Shown piece by piece: positions 24,288 to 32,683 of a stretch of DNA of 40,735 nt; within the stretch, counting starts at the first letter, position 1; every line of letters begins with the position of its first letter. Below the pieces are notes generated by a model that had not been told where the DNA came from, ran no database searches, and saw only the letters and a list, made by a program, of their open reading frames with translations. Source of the DNA: a virus (Duplodnaviria; Caudoviricetes); IMG/VR virus record IMGVR_UViG_3300010362_000047, positions 1 to 40,735 of that record, one strand, 5' to 3'. The translations under genes were made by a program, and so were the position numbers.

Positions 24288-25478
24288 TCAATATCCAGGC
24301 CCGTAAATAGGTTGAGGTTGCTGTTGACTGAACAGGTTACCAATTCCAGAAGTCAACTGACCAATTGGCGAGGCGGCAAAGTTGAAGCCCCCAGCAAAGC
24401 CGCCACTGCTGGGGGCCGAACCAGCCGACAAACCGAGGCCACCTACAGGTGGTAAGCCAAGACCAAGTTTAGCGGCGTTACCGACAAGGTTCCAAAGATT
24501 CGCGGTACCCTGCGCACCAGCCGCTGCAGCCCCTGCCATCGAATCCGTGAACTGCTTAGCGATCGCCACATCCTGCCCCGCCTGACCAGAGGCCGTACTC
24601 GACAGCAACGAGGCAATTCTTGCCGCGGTATCCTGCGGAATGGAGCTACCCAACTGAGCGCCAGTGGTGCCGTACTTCGTGAGGAGATCGGACAGCGAAC
24701 CGCCCTCCCTAGAATATAGATTGGCAAGATTTGCCCCTTGCGTTCCCGACGCATTCGCAAGGTTAGTATATCCCTGATTAATAAGATTAGCGATCGCGGT
24801 ACCAGCATTCGATTGAAGCCCAGCAAGTCCTTGAGCAAGGCTCGCTTCCTGAGGCACAAATTGACCAAGGGCAGCGCGCCAACCTCCATACTCCTGACTT
24901 GCAAGACCACTACCGAACTGTTGAGACTCCCGCATCTGATTTCCACTTATTGGCCCATACCCTTGCGCGGCACGTGATCTATTAATGGCCTCAAGTCCTT
25001 GGTCCAAGTTAAATTGATAGGCTGGTGATGCGGTAAAAGAGGACATAGCTCTTGACGCGGCATCGGGTCCATTGACACCAAGTGCATCTGCGTAGAGATT
25101 GGCTGCCGACGTGGCCCGACTAAGGGCTGGGGCATATGTACCTGAGGCTTGGCTGAGGGCATCTCGGATCGCACCTGAGGCTTGAGGAATGGCTCCACTA
25201 AGGATAAGGTCCCGCGCCTGATCATACGAGGTCCCGAGAGCACTCGCTGCCTTCGTAGTGGCGTCGGTGATATCGGTGCGGCCCTGAAGGATCGATGGCA
25301 AGTACTGGGACAATTGGTCCTGTGCCTGAGTTTGGCCGCTTTGAAGCGCGGCCAATCCCTGAGCTTGGGCACCCTGAAAAAGCTTATCAATGTTCCCCTG
25401 CGTCATATTCAGGTGAGCCTGAATGGCCTGGGCCGCCCGCTTCTGTTCGCCGCCAGTGAAAATATCAAAGAGTCCCAT
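24288..25478 (-). CDS. DNA ejection/pilot protein (P22 gp7-like)
   Basis: A/G/Q-rich; SPAYQFNLDQG..AI....AA.G...SG...Q.G.GLASQEY motif. Confidence 0.75.
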   Translation of the reverse strand: MGLFDIFTGGEQKRAAQAIQAHLNMTQGNIDKLFQGAQAQGLAALQSGQTQAQDQLSQYLPSILQGRTDITDATTKAASALGTSYDQARDLILSGAIPQASGAIRDALSQASGTYAPALSRATSAANLYADALGVNGPDAASRAMSSFTASPAYQFNLDQGLEAINRSRAAQGYGPISGNQMRESQQFGSGLASQEYGGWRAALGQFVPQEASLAQGLAGLQSNAGTAIANLINQGYTNLANASGTQGANLANLYSREGGSLSDLLTKYGTTGAQLGSSIPQDTAARIASLLSSTASGQAGQDVAIAKQFTDSMAGAAAAGAQGTANLWNLVGNAAKLGLGLPPVGGLGLSAGSAPSSGGFAGGFNFAASPIGQLTSGIGNLFSQQQPQPIYGPGY

Positions 25479-25795
25479 TACGGCCTCACTACAATGTAGG
25501 AATAAACCGCTGCTCCCACAGTGTTACTGCGATTAGCGATAAATCCATTGACTGTCTTACTCGTCGACCACACACGAGAGTCCTCCGGCGCACCGAAGAA
25601 CACAAGGTACCCAGTGTCTGCCTGCGGTGACCCGAATGCTACCGTAGCGGTACCGGCACCAGCTCCAAAGGATATAGTCCCAACGAATAGCACTCGCGAG
25701 GCAACATCCTGGAAAAACCGATACCAGTCCCGATCGCATAACTGATTCTGATCGACAACGGCCTGCCGATCGCTAGGTGCCCGCAGAGGTGGCAT
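25478..25795 (-). CDS. Small virion protein
   Basis: Between gp10-like and ejection genes; VD......WY.FF motif. Confidence 0.6.
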   Translation of the reverse strand: MPPLRAPSDRQAVVDQNQLCDRDWYRFFQDVASRVLFVGTISFGAGAGTATVAFGSPQADTGYLVFFGAPEDSRVWSTSKTVNGFIANRSNTVGAAVYSYIVVRP

Positions 25796-27230
25796 TCCCG
25801 ACCTTCCTTTGCTCCACCGAAACCTTAGCTCCGAACATTCCCACATGGACAGCGTCCGCAACCTCAAGTTTAAACCGTATACCCTGCCCTCGGCTCAAGC
25901 CAAGATTGCGAACGACAATACTCTGTTGTGTTTCACCAGGCCCACGCAAATTTCGCTGCGCCGGATGCTTGTAACTGAAGCCTCCATCGAGAGACCATGA
26001 CACTACAACCTTCGGCTCAAGCACACTCTCGACCTCGCCGACGCCAGTGGTCATAGCGAACACCACCTTCGAGATCACTACTCCAAAGGGGAACGAAGTA
26101 AGGTTACCACTAATCACAGTCCAGATCAACGGATCATCGGCCTCTTTCTTCCAAACCCCATCTATCCTGAACAGCTTGCCCGTGAGATCGTCCCCGATCA
26201 ACCACTGACTAAACATTCTCACGCTCTGCCGTCCGCGCCAGTCATCTCTCACATACGACTGTCGCTCGTTCCACTCTCCAGTGGTCAAGTTGAATTCCCA
26301 AGTCCAAAAGTCCGGGTAAGTGAGGGTCCACATTGCATGCTTTCCATACATATAGACACTTGCTTGCAAAAGGCCTCCATCACCAGCGAGTATTGCAGTT
26401 TGGATGTCTCGAGAGACATCATCGTTAGATATTGGAACTGGAGTATAACCATTAAGCTTGTAAACAATACCATCATCTCCAGCCCAGAGCAACTCATTGC
26501 TCCACCCTGTTTCCCAACCAGCGACTGAGAAGGTTCCAGCGATCCCCCTCGGAATCGTTGCCTCTCTACCGAAAGGAAATGGACTTGTGCCGACATTTCT
26601 CCATACTCCCGTCCACTTATCTCCAAAGACAAACAATCGACGAGTGTACCGCACGACCCGTCTCACAAAGAGGCCCTGCTCTACATCGAACGACAGTGCC
26701 TGCACATTCACCGAGTTCAGATCCGACGCATAAATTGAGCCATTTGGATATCCCCACACGAAGTATCCATCGAGATCGCAGACACTCGTTGGGTTGACAG
26801 GCAAGTCGGGATCGGCGAAAGAAGTCGGAGCGCCTCCTGTGAACAGATTGAATACTCCGTCGGGCGTAACTCCCACATTCTGTGGAGTCCCGGCATTGTT
26901 CCGAGCAACGGTAACCGGAGTATTTCCAGACAAAGTCCCAACAAATGTCGGCACCAAGTTTGTCCCATCAAAGGTAACATTGTAGACTCCATCTTGGACA
27001 ATCCACAGCAGCGAGGTAGAACAATCCAAGAACCCCCTCGTATGGACATTTCCACTCTGCTCATACACCTGTCGCAAGCCGGGCGACCTTTTATACAAGA
27101 TATCCCCAGGAGCCCCAGCCGGCGCGTGTTCAACGAAAGCATTGATCAGGCGCCCACCTCCCTCCTGGGGCTTCAGGCCCGGAGATGAGGAAGTCGGAAA
27201 CGGAACGTCATGAGTGGGATCATCGGGCAT
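25773..27230 (-). CDS. Packaged-DNA stabilisation / tail hub protein (P22 gp10-like)
   Basis: LIN.F...PGL, LDGYFV, W.S.DGG, LG..R..RF beta-propeller pattern. Confidence 0.8.
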   Translation of the reverse strand: MPDDPTHDVPFPTSSSPGLKPQEGGGRLINAFVEHAPAGAPGDILYKRSPGLRQVYEQSGNVHTRGFLDCSTSLLWIVQDGVYNVTFDGTNLVPTFVGTLSGNTPVTVARNNAGTPQNVGVTPDGVFNLFTGGAPTSFADPDLPVNPTSVCDLDGYFVWGYPNGSIYASDLNSVNVQALSFDVEQGLFVRRVVRYTRRLFVFGDKWTGVWRNVGTSPFPFGREATIPRGIAGTFSVAGWETGWSNELLWAGDDGIVYKLNGYTPVPISNDDVSRDIQTAILAGDGGLLQASVYMYGKHAMWTLTYPDFWTWEFNLTTGEWNERQSYVRDDWRGRQSVRMFSQWLIGDDLTGKLFRIDGVWKKEADDPLIWTVISGNLTSFPFGVVISKVVFAMTTGVGEVESVLEPKVVVSWSLDGGFSYKHPAQRNLRGPGETQQSIVVRNLGLSRGQGIRFKLEVADAVHVGMFGAKVSVEQRKVGNATSAGT

Positions 27231-27574
27231 CAGAAATAGTCCGATTCGAGGATTGCACGATTACCCTTATTGGACACCAACCGCTTCAGATACGCTTCGT
27301 GTACCTGCTTTACATTAGGATCGAACTGATTTCCGAAGTCGGGCGAAGCCACGTTTGCTAACAGACTGGCGATCGAGTCGAACCACTCACTCGGAATGAG
27401 ATTATCATCCCCAACATTGCAGACACCATCGACGGCCATCTGCATAATTAAGGGATCGATCTTCTCACTTAACTGAAGTTCGTACTCTGGCTCCAGGTCG
27501 CTTCCGACTGCTAGGATTCGCAGCTTTCTTGCCGCCTCGTTTATGAGTTCGATCCTCGTCTTCGTAAGTTGCAC
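27230..27574 (-). CDS. Head-to-tail adaptor (P22 gp4-like)
   Basis: T..ELI..A..KL.I...G; IP..WF..IA..LA...SP.FG. Confidence 0.75.
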   Translation of the reverse strand: MQLTKTRIELINEAARKLRILAVGSDLEPEYELQLSEKIDPLIMQMAVDGVCNVGDDNLIPSEWFDSIASLLANVASPDFGNQFDPNVKQVHEAYLKRLVSNKGNRAILESDYF

Positions 27575-27856
27575 TTATTTCTCCTTGGTCTTTGGCCCCG
27601 CCGGAGTTGGGGAGGTAGAGGCGCCAGCCACCGGCGAGGCTGTAGTAGGGCCCGTGTCTGTGTCCGTCACGCTCTCGACCTTGAAGTACTTATTTCCCTT
27701 CAACTTATCGATATCCGACTGATCGAGGCCCTCAAACTCCACAGCCTCGCCCTTCTTCATAACCTTATCCCGCCAGTTGGTCTGCTGCGGGATTGGGGCA
27801 CCCTCTGGATGGAGGTCATCCTCTCCAAGCCAAGTAACTTTAGCCTTGAATGGCAT
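27575..27856 (-). CDS. Hypothetical virion-module protein
   Basis: AAGGAG RBS; K..GN..F.V motif. Confidence 0.65.
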   Translation of the reverse strand: MPFKAKVTWLGEDDLHPEGAPIPQQTNWRDKVMKKGEAVEFEGLDQSDIDKLKGNKYFKVESVTDTDTGPTTASPVAGASTSPTPAGPKTKEK

Positions 27857-27866
27857 AGCCTTCTCC

Positions 27867-28592
27867 TTAGGGCGCCAGATAATACGCATTGCGGACCAGC
27901 CCGGCGGCGCCTCTGCCGAGTGCTCCAGCTGGGTTCATTCCACTAATCGCGAGATATGGAGCCCAATCGGCAGCCATCTCACCCTGCGGTGTCCTCGGTC
28001 CAGCTGCGATTGTCTCGAACAACTGATCCGACACCGGAAGAAATCGTCGGTTCCTCTTAAGGAACGCCTGCATATCCTCCACACTCGGCAAATGTGCCAA
28101 TGGTCCTGTGGGGACCTTATCTCCAGTGTTCATCATGAGATCCGCCGCGGCTCTCGGAGCGGCGAGCCCATACAATGGGAGCTTAGCCATTGAACCTAAG
28201 GCCGAAAGAATGGCATCAGGGACATACTGGCTCGGCCCATACTTCATCTTTCCGTACTCATCCGTAGGCTTGAAATAATCAGACGCTTTGAGCATAGACG
28301 ATGGACCGATAACGTCTTCCGACTCCACATCCCCCAGTTTGGTCTTCTTGAACCGACTGGTCGATGGGATAGAAGCTGTCGAAGAACCATGAAACTTCTG
28401 TGCATCGGCAGCACTTGAAAAGATTGATGATGGCTTGACATCTTTTACATTCACATCTGAGAGCGGTTTGAGTAGCGCGGCTTGTCGATGAACTCCATAC
28501 CAATCAGGTAAGTCTGTGATGCTCGGATCGAAGTACACATCTGTGTCTTCGCCTCTGTACGCTCCCGGACGTAACTCAGTCATCGACGGCAT
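27867..28592 (-). CDS. Hypothetical protein (241 aa) downstream of the capsid terminator
   Basis: GGAGG RBS; no recognised motif. Confidence 0.65.
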   Translation of the reverse strand: MPSMTELRPGAYRGEDTDVYFDPSITDLPDWYGVHRQAALLKPLSDVNVKDVKPSSIFSSAADAQKFHGSSTASIPSTSRFKKTKLGDVESEDVIGPSSMLKASDYFKPTDEYGKMKYGPSQYVPDAILSALGSMAKLPLYGLAAPRAAADLMMNTGDKVPTGPLAHLPSVEDMQAFLKRNRRFLPVSDQLFETIAAGPRTPQGEMAADWAPYLAISGMNPAGALGRGAAGLVRNAYYLAP

Positions 28593-28604
28593 CACGACCT
28601 CCAG

Positions 28605-28650
28605 AAAAAAGTGGGGGAGGACCGATATGGGAGCCCTCACTCCTCCCCCA
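28605..28650 (-). terminator. Intrinsic terminator after capsid/decoration genes
   Basis: On - strand: TGGGGGAGGA...TCCTCCCCCA followed by CTTTTTT. Confidence 0.75.
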
Positions 28651-28677
28651 AGTATCTCGAGCAAGGCAACTCTACCA

Positions 28678-29100
28678 TCAGGAAACCGACGCTACATACT
28701 TAATGATAACGGCGGCTCTCCCGGTGGTAGCTGCGGTTCCCGTTTGCGTATACTTCGCGTAAACGGGAGTATCGACAGTAAACGGAGCCAGCGCTGTGCC
28801 GGTCGGACTGATGTCCTTGGCCAGACCGAGCGAACCCTCTGTCACATCCGCTGCCGCCACAATGTTATCAGTGGTAGGATTGTTGGTCCCTACCGTGAGA
28901 ACGTTAGTGGTGACAGCATTGAACACTTCCTGCACGGCCACATCCGTCCCTATGAGGACAGCGCCCGCTGGAATCGTGCCCACTTGTTTGTTCCCAGACG
29001 TCAACTGCGTATCCGAGAACACTACCGGGAACGCAATGTAGGTAACCTGTTGCTCACCTACATCTCGCGCCGGCTTTCCACTAAAGAGGTTCTGTGTCAT
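28678..29100 (-). CDS. Capsid decoration/cement protein
   Basis: 140-aa beta-rich protein directly after MCP; GTIPAGA...FNA...L.VG...ATTG.A.V.I.Y. Confidence 0.7.
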   Translation of the reverse strand: MTQNLFSGKPARDVGEQQVTYIAFPVVFSDTQLTSGNKQVGTIPAGAVLIGTDVAVQEVFNAVTTNVLTVGTNNPTTDNIVAAADVTEGSLGLAKDISPTGTALAPFTVDTPVYAKYTQTGTAATTGRAAVIIKYVASVS

Positions 29101-29112
29101 GACATCACCTCC

Positions 29113-30261
29113 TTACGTGTCAGCCGAGGATGCAAAGAAGCACGTAACAATTCCCCACTGCTTCAATGCAGTGGAGGTCATTGGATGCTTCTTGAACATC
29201 TTGGCTACACCGTAGGCCATCTCGATGCCGGTACCACTCACGAAACCATAGTCGTCCTCTTTTCGAAACGTTGGCTTCGCCATTTGGCCCCAACCGAAAA
29301 CGGCCGCCTGCTGTCCACAGAGGAACACCGGCTCCACACGAGCACTTGTTCCCCCTGCTGTCAACAGCGTGGTCCAAACGTTGGTGACGAAGCTCGAAAT
29401 CTCCGGCACCTCCCTCACAATCACGCCGTCGTAGATTTGATCCCCATCTTGGAAGATAGGGTTATTATTCATGCCAGTGCCCTCGCGGGCACGAGCATCC
29501 TTGTTCACGGTCTGCAGATCAATCTTCAGATCCCTGAATGGATTCGTCCCTGCGAATGCCACATAATACTCGTATCCGTCCCTCGTCTTGAAAGGTCGAA
29601 TACGTGGGTTAGCCAGCTTGGCCACACGTTTGCCCAAGCTGATATTGGCCGCCTTCATAGTACCGTTTGTGGTAGTAACGTTCGCCAGCGAGCTGGAATG
29701 GTTGCCAGCTACCTGATTGGAGATCTTCTCTCCAAAGAGGACACGATCACTGTTGTCAGTCTGCCACTGGTTCTTCTGGGCAGCCGTTGCGAGGTCGTAC
29801 TGGATACCGTTGACCCTCACTCCACCAGAAGACGTTGGTAGGGTCTCGGTCGGTAGAGCCATCATCGCGGCGATCAACTCGTCACGCTGAAGCTCCTTAC
29901 CCCAGTCCGACAGAAGCGGCTTCGCCTCACCGAAGATATCCGCGGAATCCTTTTGAGACTCCGCTTTGTTCGTCACCACAGCATTGCGAGCCCATTCTAT
30001 GCGGAGCCGCATGCCATAGTTGTCGATCTTCTCTTCGTTTCCGACCAGTGTGGTCGTGGCGACGCCAGGAGTTGTCAAGCGAGTAACGAGCGGGATATTC
30101 ATATCCTCGCCGCCGCTCTTCAACTCGTTCCGGATGCGAATGATAGCATCCAAGCCCTCGCCCATATAAGGCGAGAACATATTTTCACGAACATACTCTC
30201 GGTTGATGTCCCTTGTGAAGACAATCAACTTGTTGTTCGGGTCTACCGTAGTTACGGCCAC
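29113..30261 (-). CDS. Major capsid protein (DUF4043-type HK97 fold)
   Basis: L.GNEE, A...L.DW, DDYG....G......G..K motifs; 382 aa after scaffold. Confidence 0.88.
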   Translation of the reverse strand: MAVTTVDPNNKLIVFTRDINREYVRENMFSPYMGEGLDAIIRIRNELKSGGEDMNIPLVTRLTTPGVATTTLVGNEEKIDNYGMRLRIEWARNAVVTNKAESQKDSADIFGEAKPLLSDWGKELQRDELIAAMMALPTETLPTSSGGVRVNGIQYDLATAAQKNQWQTDNSDRVLFGEKISNQVAGNHSSSLANVTTTNGTMKAANISLGKRVAKLANPRIRPFKTRDGYEYYVAFAGTNPFRDLKIDLQTVNKDARAREGTGMNNNPIFQDGDQIYDGVIVREVPEISSFVTNVWTTLLTAGGTSARVEPVFLCGQQAAVFGWGQMAKPTFRKEDDYGFVSGTGIEMAYGVAKMFKKHPMTSTALKQWGIVTCFFASSADT

Positions 30262-30301
30262 AACAGGCCTCCGTACGGCTAATTACCAATCGTAATTAGC
30301 C

Positions 30302-31105
30302 TTATCGACCCTGTCTGAACGCATAATCGAACAGACTTGGATCGGCCATACTTAAGGGCCCGTCCTGCTTCGCTCTCGCCCCGGCTCCAGGCATACTGGA
30401 CAGGGACGGAGGAAGCTGTACGGACCCACCTCCAGTCGGTGGACGATTCTGCATAGCCTCGAAGATCTTCGCCGTGAATGTCGGGTCTTTCAACCTCTCC
30501 GTTAACTGACTCTCGAACCACGCCATAGGGTCGCTCCCGACCAAACTAAGCGTTTGGCTCCGCTTGTGCCACTTCACGACCGCGTCATACCTATTGGGCG
30601 CCTGTACAACACGCTCGTAATCGGCGGGGTCTAGCGTCCTGGCCTCCATTGCCTTCAAAAACGCTTCCTCAGCATCAGCAACGCCTTGCCCTCCATGAGC
30701 GCTCTCCGCGACCATGCGACCAAGTTGGTGGAACTGCTGCTGAGTGTTCGCTATAAATGGAGCCAACACTGCGTTGACCGCCTCTTGAGTGGCCCTCGCT
30801 GGGTCTTCGAAGAAGTTGGTTGGCTTCCTCTCGCCCGCAGCTCGCTGGATATGACCCTCGATTTCTCGGAGCCTATTCTCCAACGTCTGCGCACGAGATT
30901 CAGCCTGACGCCGAGCCTCCGACTCCTCTCGGAGTCGCCACGAGGGAATGTTTTCATCAGCCGGAGGCGCTGGCGTTGCTGGCGCTGGAGGCTGAGTCTC
31001 CGTTCCGGCTGGAGCGGGCGGTGCTGGCTCCGACGGAGCTTCCGCAGGTGGCGGCGGAGGCGGATCACTCATTACTTGGCGAAAGAGATCTCCTTGGTCA
31101 TCCAT
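30302..31105 (-). CDS. Scaffolding protein
   Basis: Pro-rich N-terminus, IP..RL.EE...R coiled coil, C-terminal PPSLS motif; upstream of MCP. Confidence 0.8.
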   Translation of the reverse strand: MDDQGDLFRQVMSDPPPPPPAEAPSEPAPPAPAGTETQPPAPATPAPPADENIPSWRLREESEARRQAESRAQTLENRLREIEGHIQRAAGERKPTNFFEDPARATQEAVNAVLAPFIANTQQQFHQLGRMVAESAHGGQGVADAEEAFLKAMEARTLDPADYERVVQAPNRYDAVVKWHKRSQTLSLVGSDPMAWFESQLTERLKDPTFTAKIFEAMQNRPPTGGGSVQLPPSLSSMPGAGARAKQDGPLSMADPSLFDYAFRQGR

Positions 31106-31194
31106 CTCGTCTCTCCCCTACGTCTCGTGTAGGTAACGAATTCCGCCAATTACGCTGGGCGTTCGCGGCCGCTGATCTCGCTCAACGGCAAGCG

Positions 31195-31815
31195 CTAAAC
31201 ACTCTCGTAATGGAACATCCCTACCAGCCGATTGCTCGCACCCAGCGGAGTAGTTCCATCGTACTTCTTGATTAACCCTTGAGTCCCAGCTCCGGCCACC
31301 GTCCCACTAAGAGCCCAACCGTTCTGAGTCTCCTGTCCATGGAAGGCCGCTGGTGCGAACGCTATGCCAGTATTGAAAGCGTTGACCGGCAGCGTCACAC
31401 CTACTGCACCAGTACCAGTGCCCACGGCACTCACTGTCACATCGATAAAGGCCCGCACCACCTTTCCCTGCTGGAAATAGCGAGCCGTATTGGTCACAAA
31501 CGTACTCGATCCCCCAGCAGTCGACAGTGTCGGCGCCCACGCGATCCACACTCCACTCGGATTGCCGCCAGTCACCGACGCGAAGAAGTTATGCGCCGAG
31601 ACCTTCACGAAAGCATTGGTGTCGCTGTTCCATAGCGCCATCCAAACGTTATCCTGATCAGCGGCTGGAATATCCACCTGCTCCACGAGGCCTCCGATGT
31701 CCTGCTTGAACGTAAAGACACCGTTGGCTTTAGTAACGCCCACGCCAGACGTCGCGATAACGCGTGCAGGAAACGCCGCGAGTACCCTCGCTCTGATGTC
31801 GGTGGCGTAGAGCAC
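31195..31815 (-). CDS. Fibre/adhesin-like protein; N-terminus paralogous to 32684..34840
   Basis: FPARVIATSGV...QDIGGL; C-terminal W..W.PT...RY...GK.V...TLPV beta domain. Confidence 0.7.
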   Translation of the reverse strand: MLYATDIRARVLAAFPARVIATSGVGVTKANGVFTFKQDIGGLVEQVDIPAADQDNVWMALWNSDTNAFVKVSAHNFFASVTGGNPSGVWIAWAPTLSTAGGSSTFVTNTARYFQQGKVVRAFIDVTVSAVGTGTGAVGVTLPVNAFNTGIAFAPAAFHGQETQNGWALSGTVAGAGTQGLIKKYDGTTPLGASNRLVGMFHYESV

Positions 31816-31920
31816 TTACCGACCCCTCCCCTTCGGAATGAACCCGTAGTCATCGAACACGGCAGGCGGAGGCCCTGGCGGCGCTGGAGGCCCGAAGAGA
31901 TTGGTTTTCCACCTCATCAT
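31816..31920 (-). CDS. 34-aa Pro-rich peptide (MMRWKTNLFGPPAPPGPPPAVFDDYGFIPKGRGR)
   Basis: TGATG-coupled upstream; stop abuts next start. Confidence 0.45.
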   Translation of the reverse strand: MMRWKTNLFGPPAPPGPPPAVFDDYGFIPKGRGR

Positions 31921-32681
31921 CAGTTCCTCACAAACTCTGTCACGATACACACTCCGTTCGCGCCATTGCCGCCCGCAGCATTGGAGGCTACGTTATGGGT
32001 AGAGGCGCCCGCTCCACCAGCCCCATACGCTCCGCCGTTCACTCCAGGGTTGGTGCCTCCACTAGCACCCAACGAATTAACCTGCCCACCAAAGTAACTC
32101 GCCGAGCCGATACCCGCCGGAGTGAGGAGCACCGTTGCCGAGCTGAAGTACAAAGCTCTACCCCCTACATTTCCAGCTACCGCGAAATCTCCAGTGCCAA
32201 CCACACCAGCAGTTCCAGCCGCACCACTTGAGGCCGAGCTTACGCCGCCGCCTCCACCACCCCCCTTACCAATGCACAAACTACCGAAACTTGTATCCCC
32301 TCCATTATTCCCGTTGTTAGCACCAGCAGTACCACCAGTGCCTCCGGTCCCAACCGTCACCGCCTGCGAGGCACCAACACTCGCCGCGGTAACCCTCGTC
32401 CGCGAGTATCCACCAGAGCCACCGCCATTGCCGTAGAGGGCAAAATTCGTCGCTCCAGCCGCGCCTCCGCCACCTCCTCCAGCTCCCATACACTCGACGA
32501 TACCGTAGACAAATCCGGCCGGCGGAGTATACGTCCCATTCGCAGTGAAAACCACTATGTTAGCCATAGTAACGCCAGCGGCACTAATCGGCGCCCACTT
32601 CACTCCATCCCAACGGAAAGTCCCGTTGGAACTGCTGAAGGTCTGGCCGACCGTCGGCGACGCTGGGAAGTCAAGTGCCAT
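31920..32681 (-). CDS. Glycine-rich fibre/adhesin protein
   Basis: MALDFPASPTVGQ...WDGVKW N-domain; FTANGTYTPP...GAGGGGGG...G.CIVTEF. Confidence 0.8.
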   Translation of the reverse strand: MALDFPASPTVGQTFSSSNGTFRWDGVKWAPISAAGVTMANIVVFTANGTYTPPAGFVYGIVECMGAGGGGGGAAGATNFALYGNGGGSGGYSRTRVTAASVGASQAVTVGTGGTGGTAGANNGNNGGDTSFGSLCIGKGGGGGGGVSSASSGAAGTAGVVGTGDFAVAGNVGGRALYFSSATVLLTPAGIGSASYFGGQVNSLGASGGTNPGVNGGAYGAGGAGASTHNVASNAAGGNGANGVCIVTEFVRN

Positions 32682-32683
32682 CC

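Noticed and set aside
28516-29841. 441-aa + strand ORF
   Set aside because: Antisense shadow of the capsid genes caused by codon bias; Arg/His-rich with no motifs
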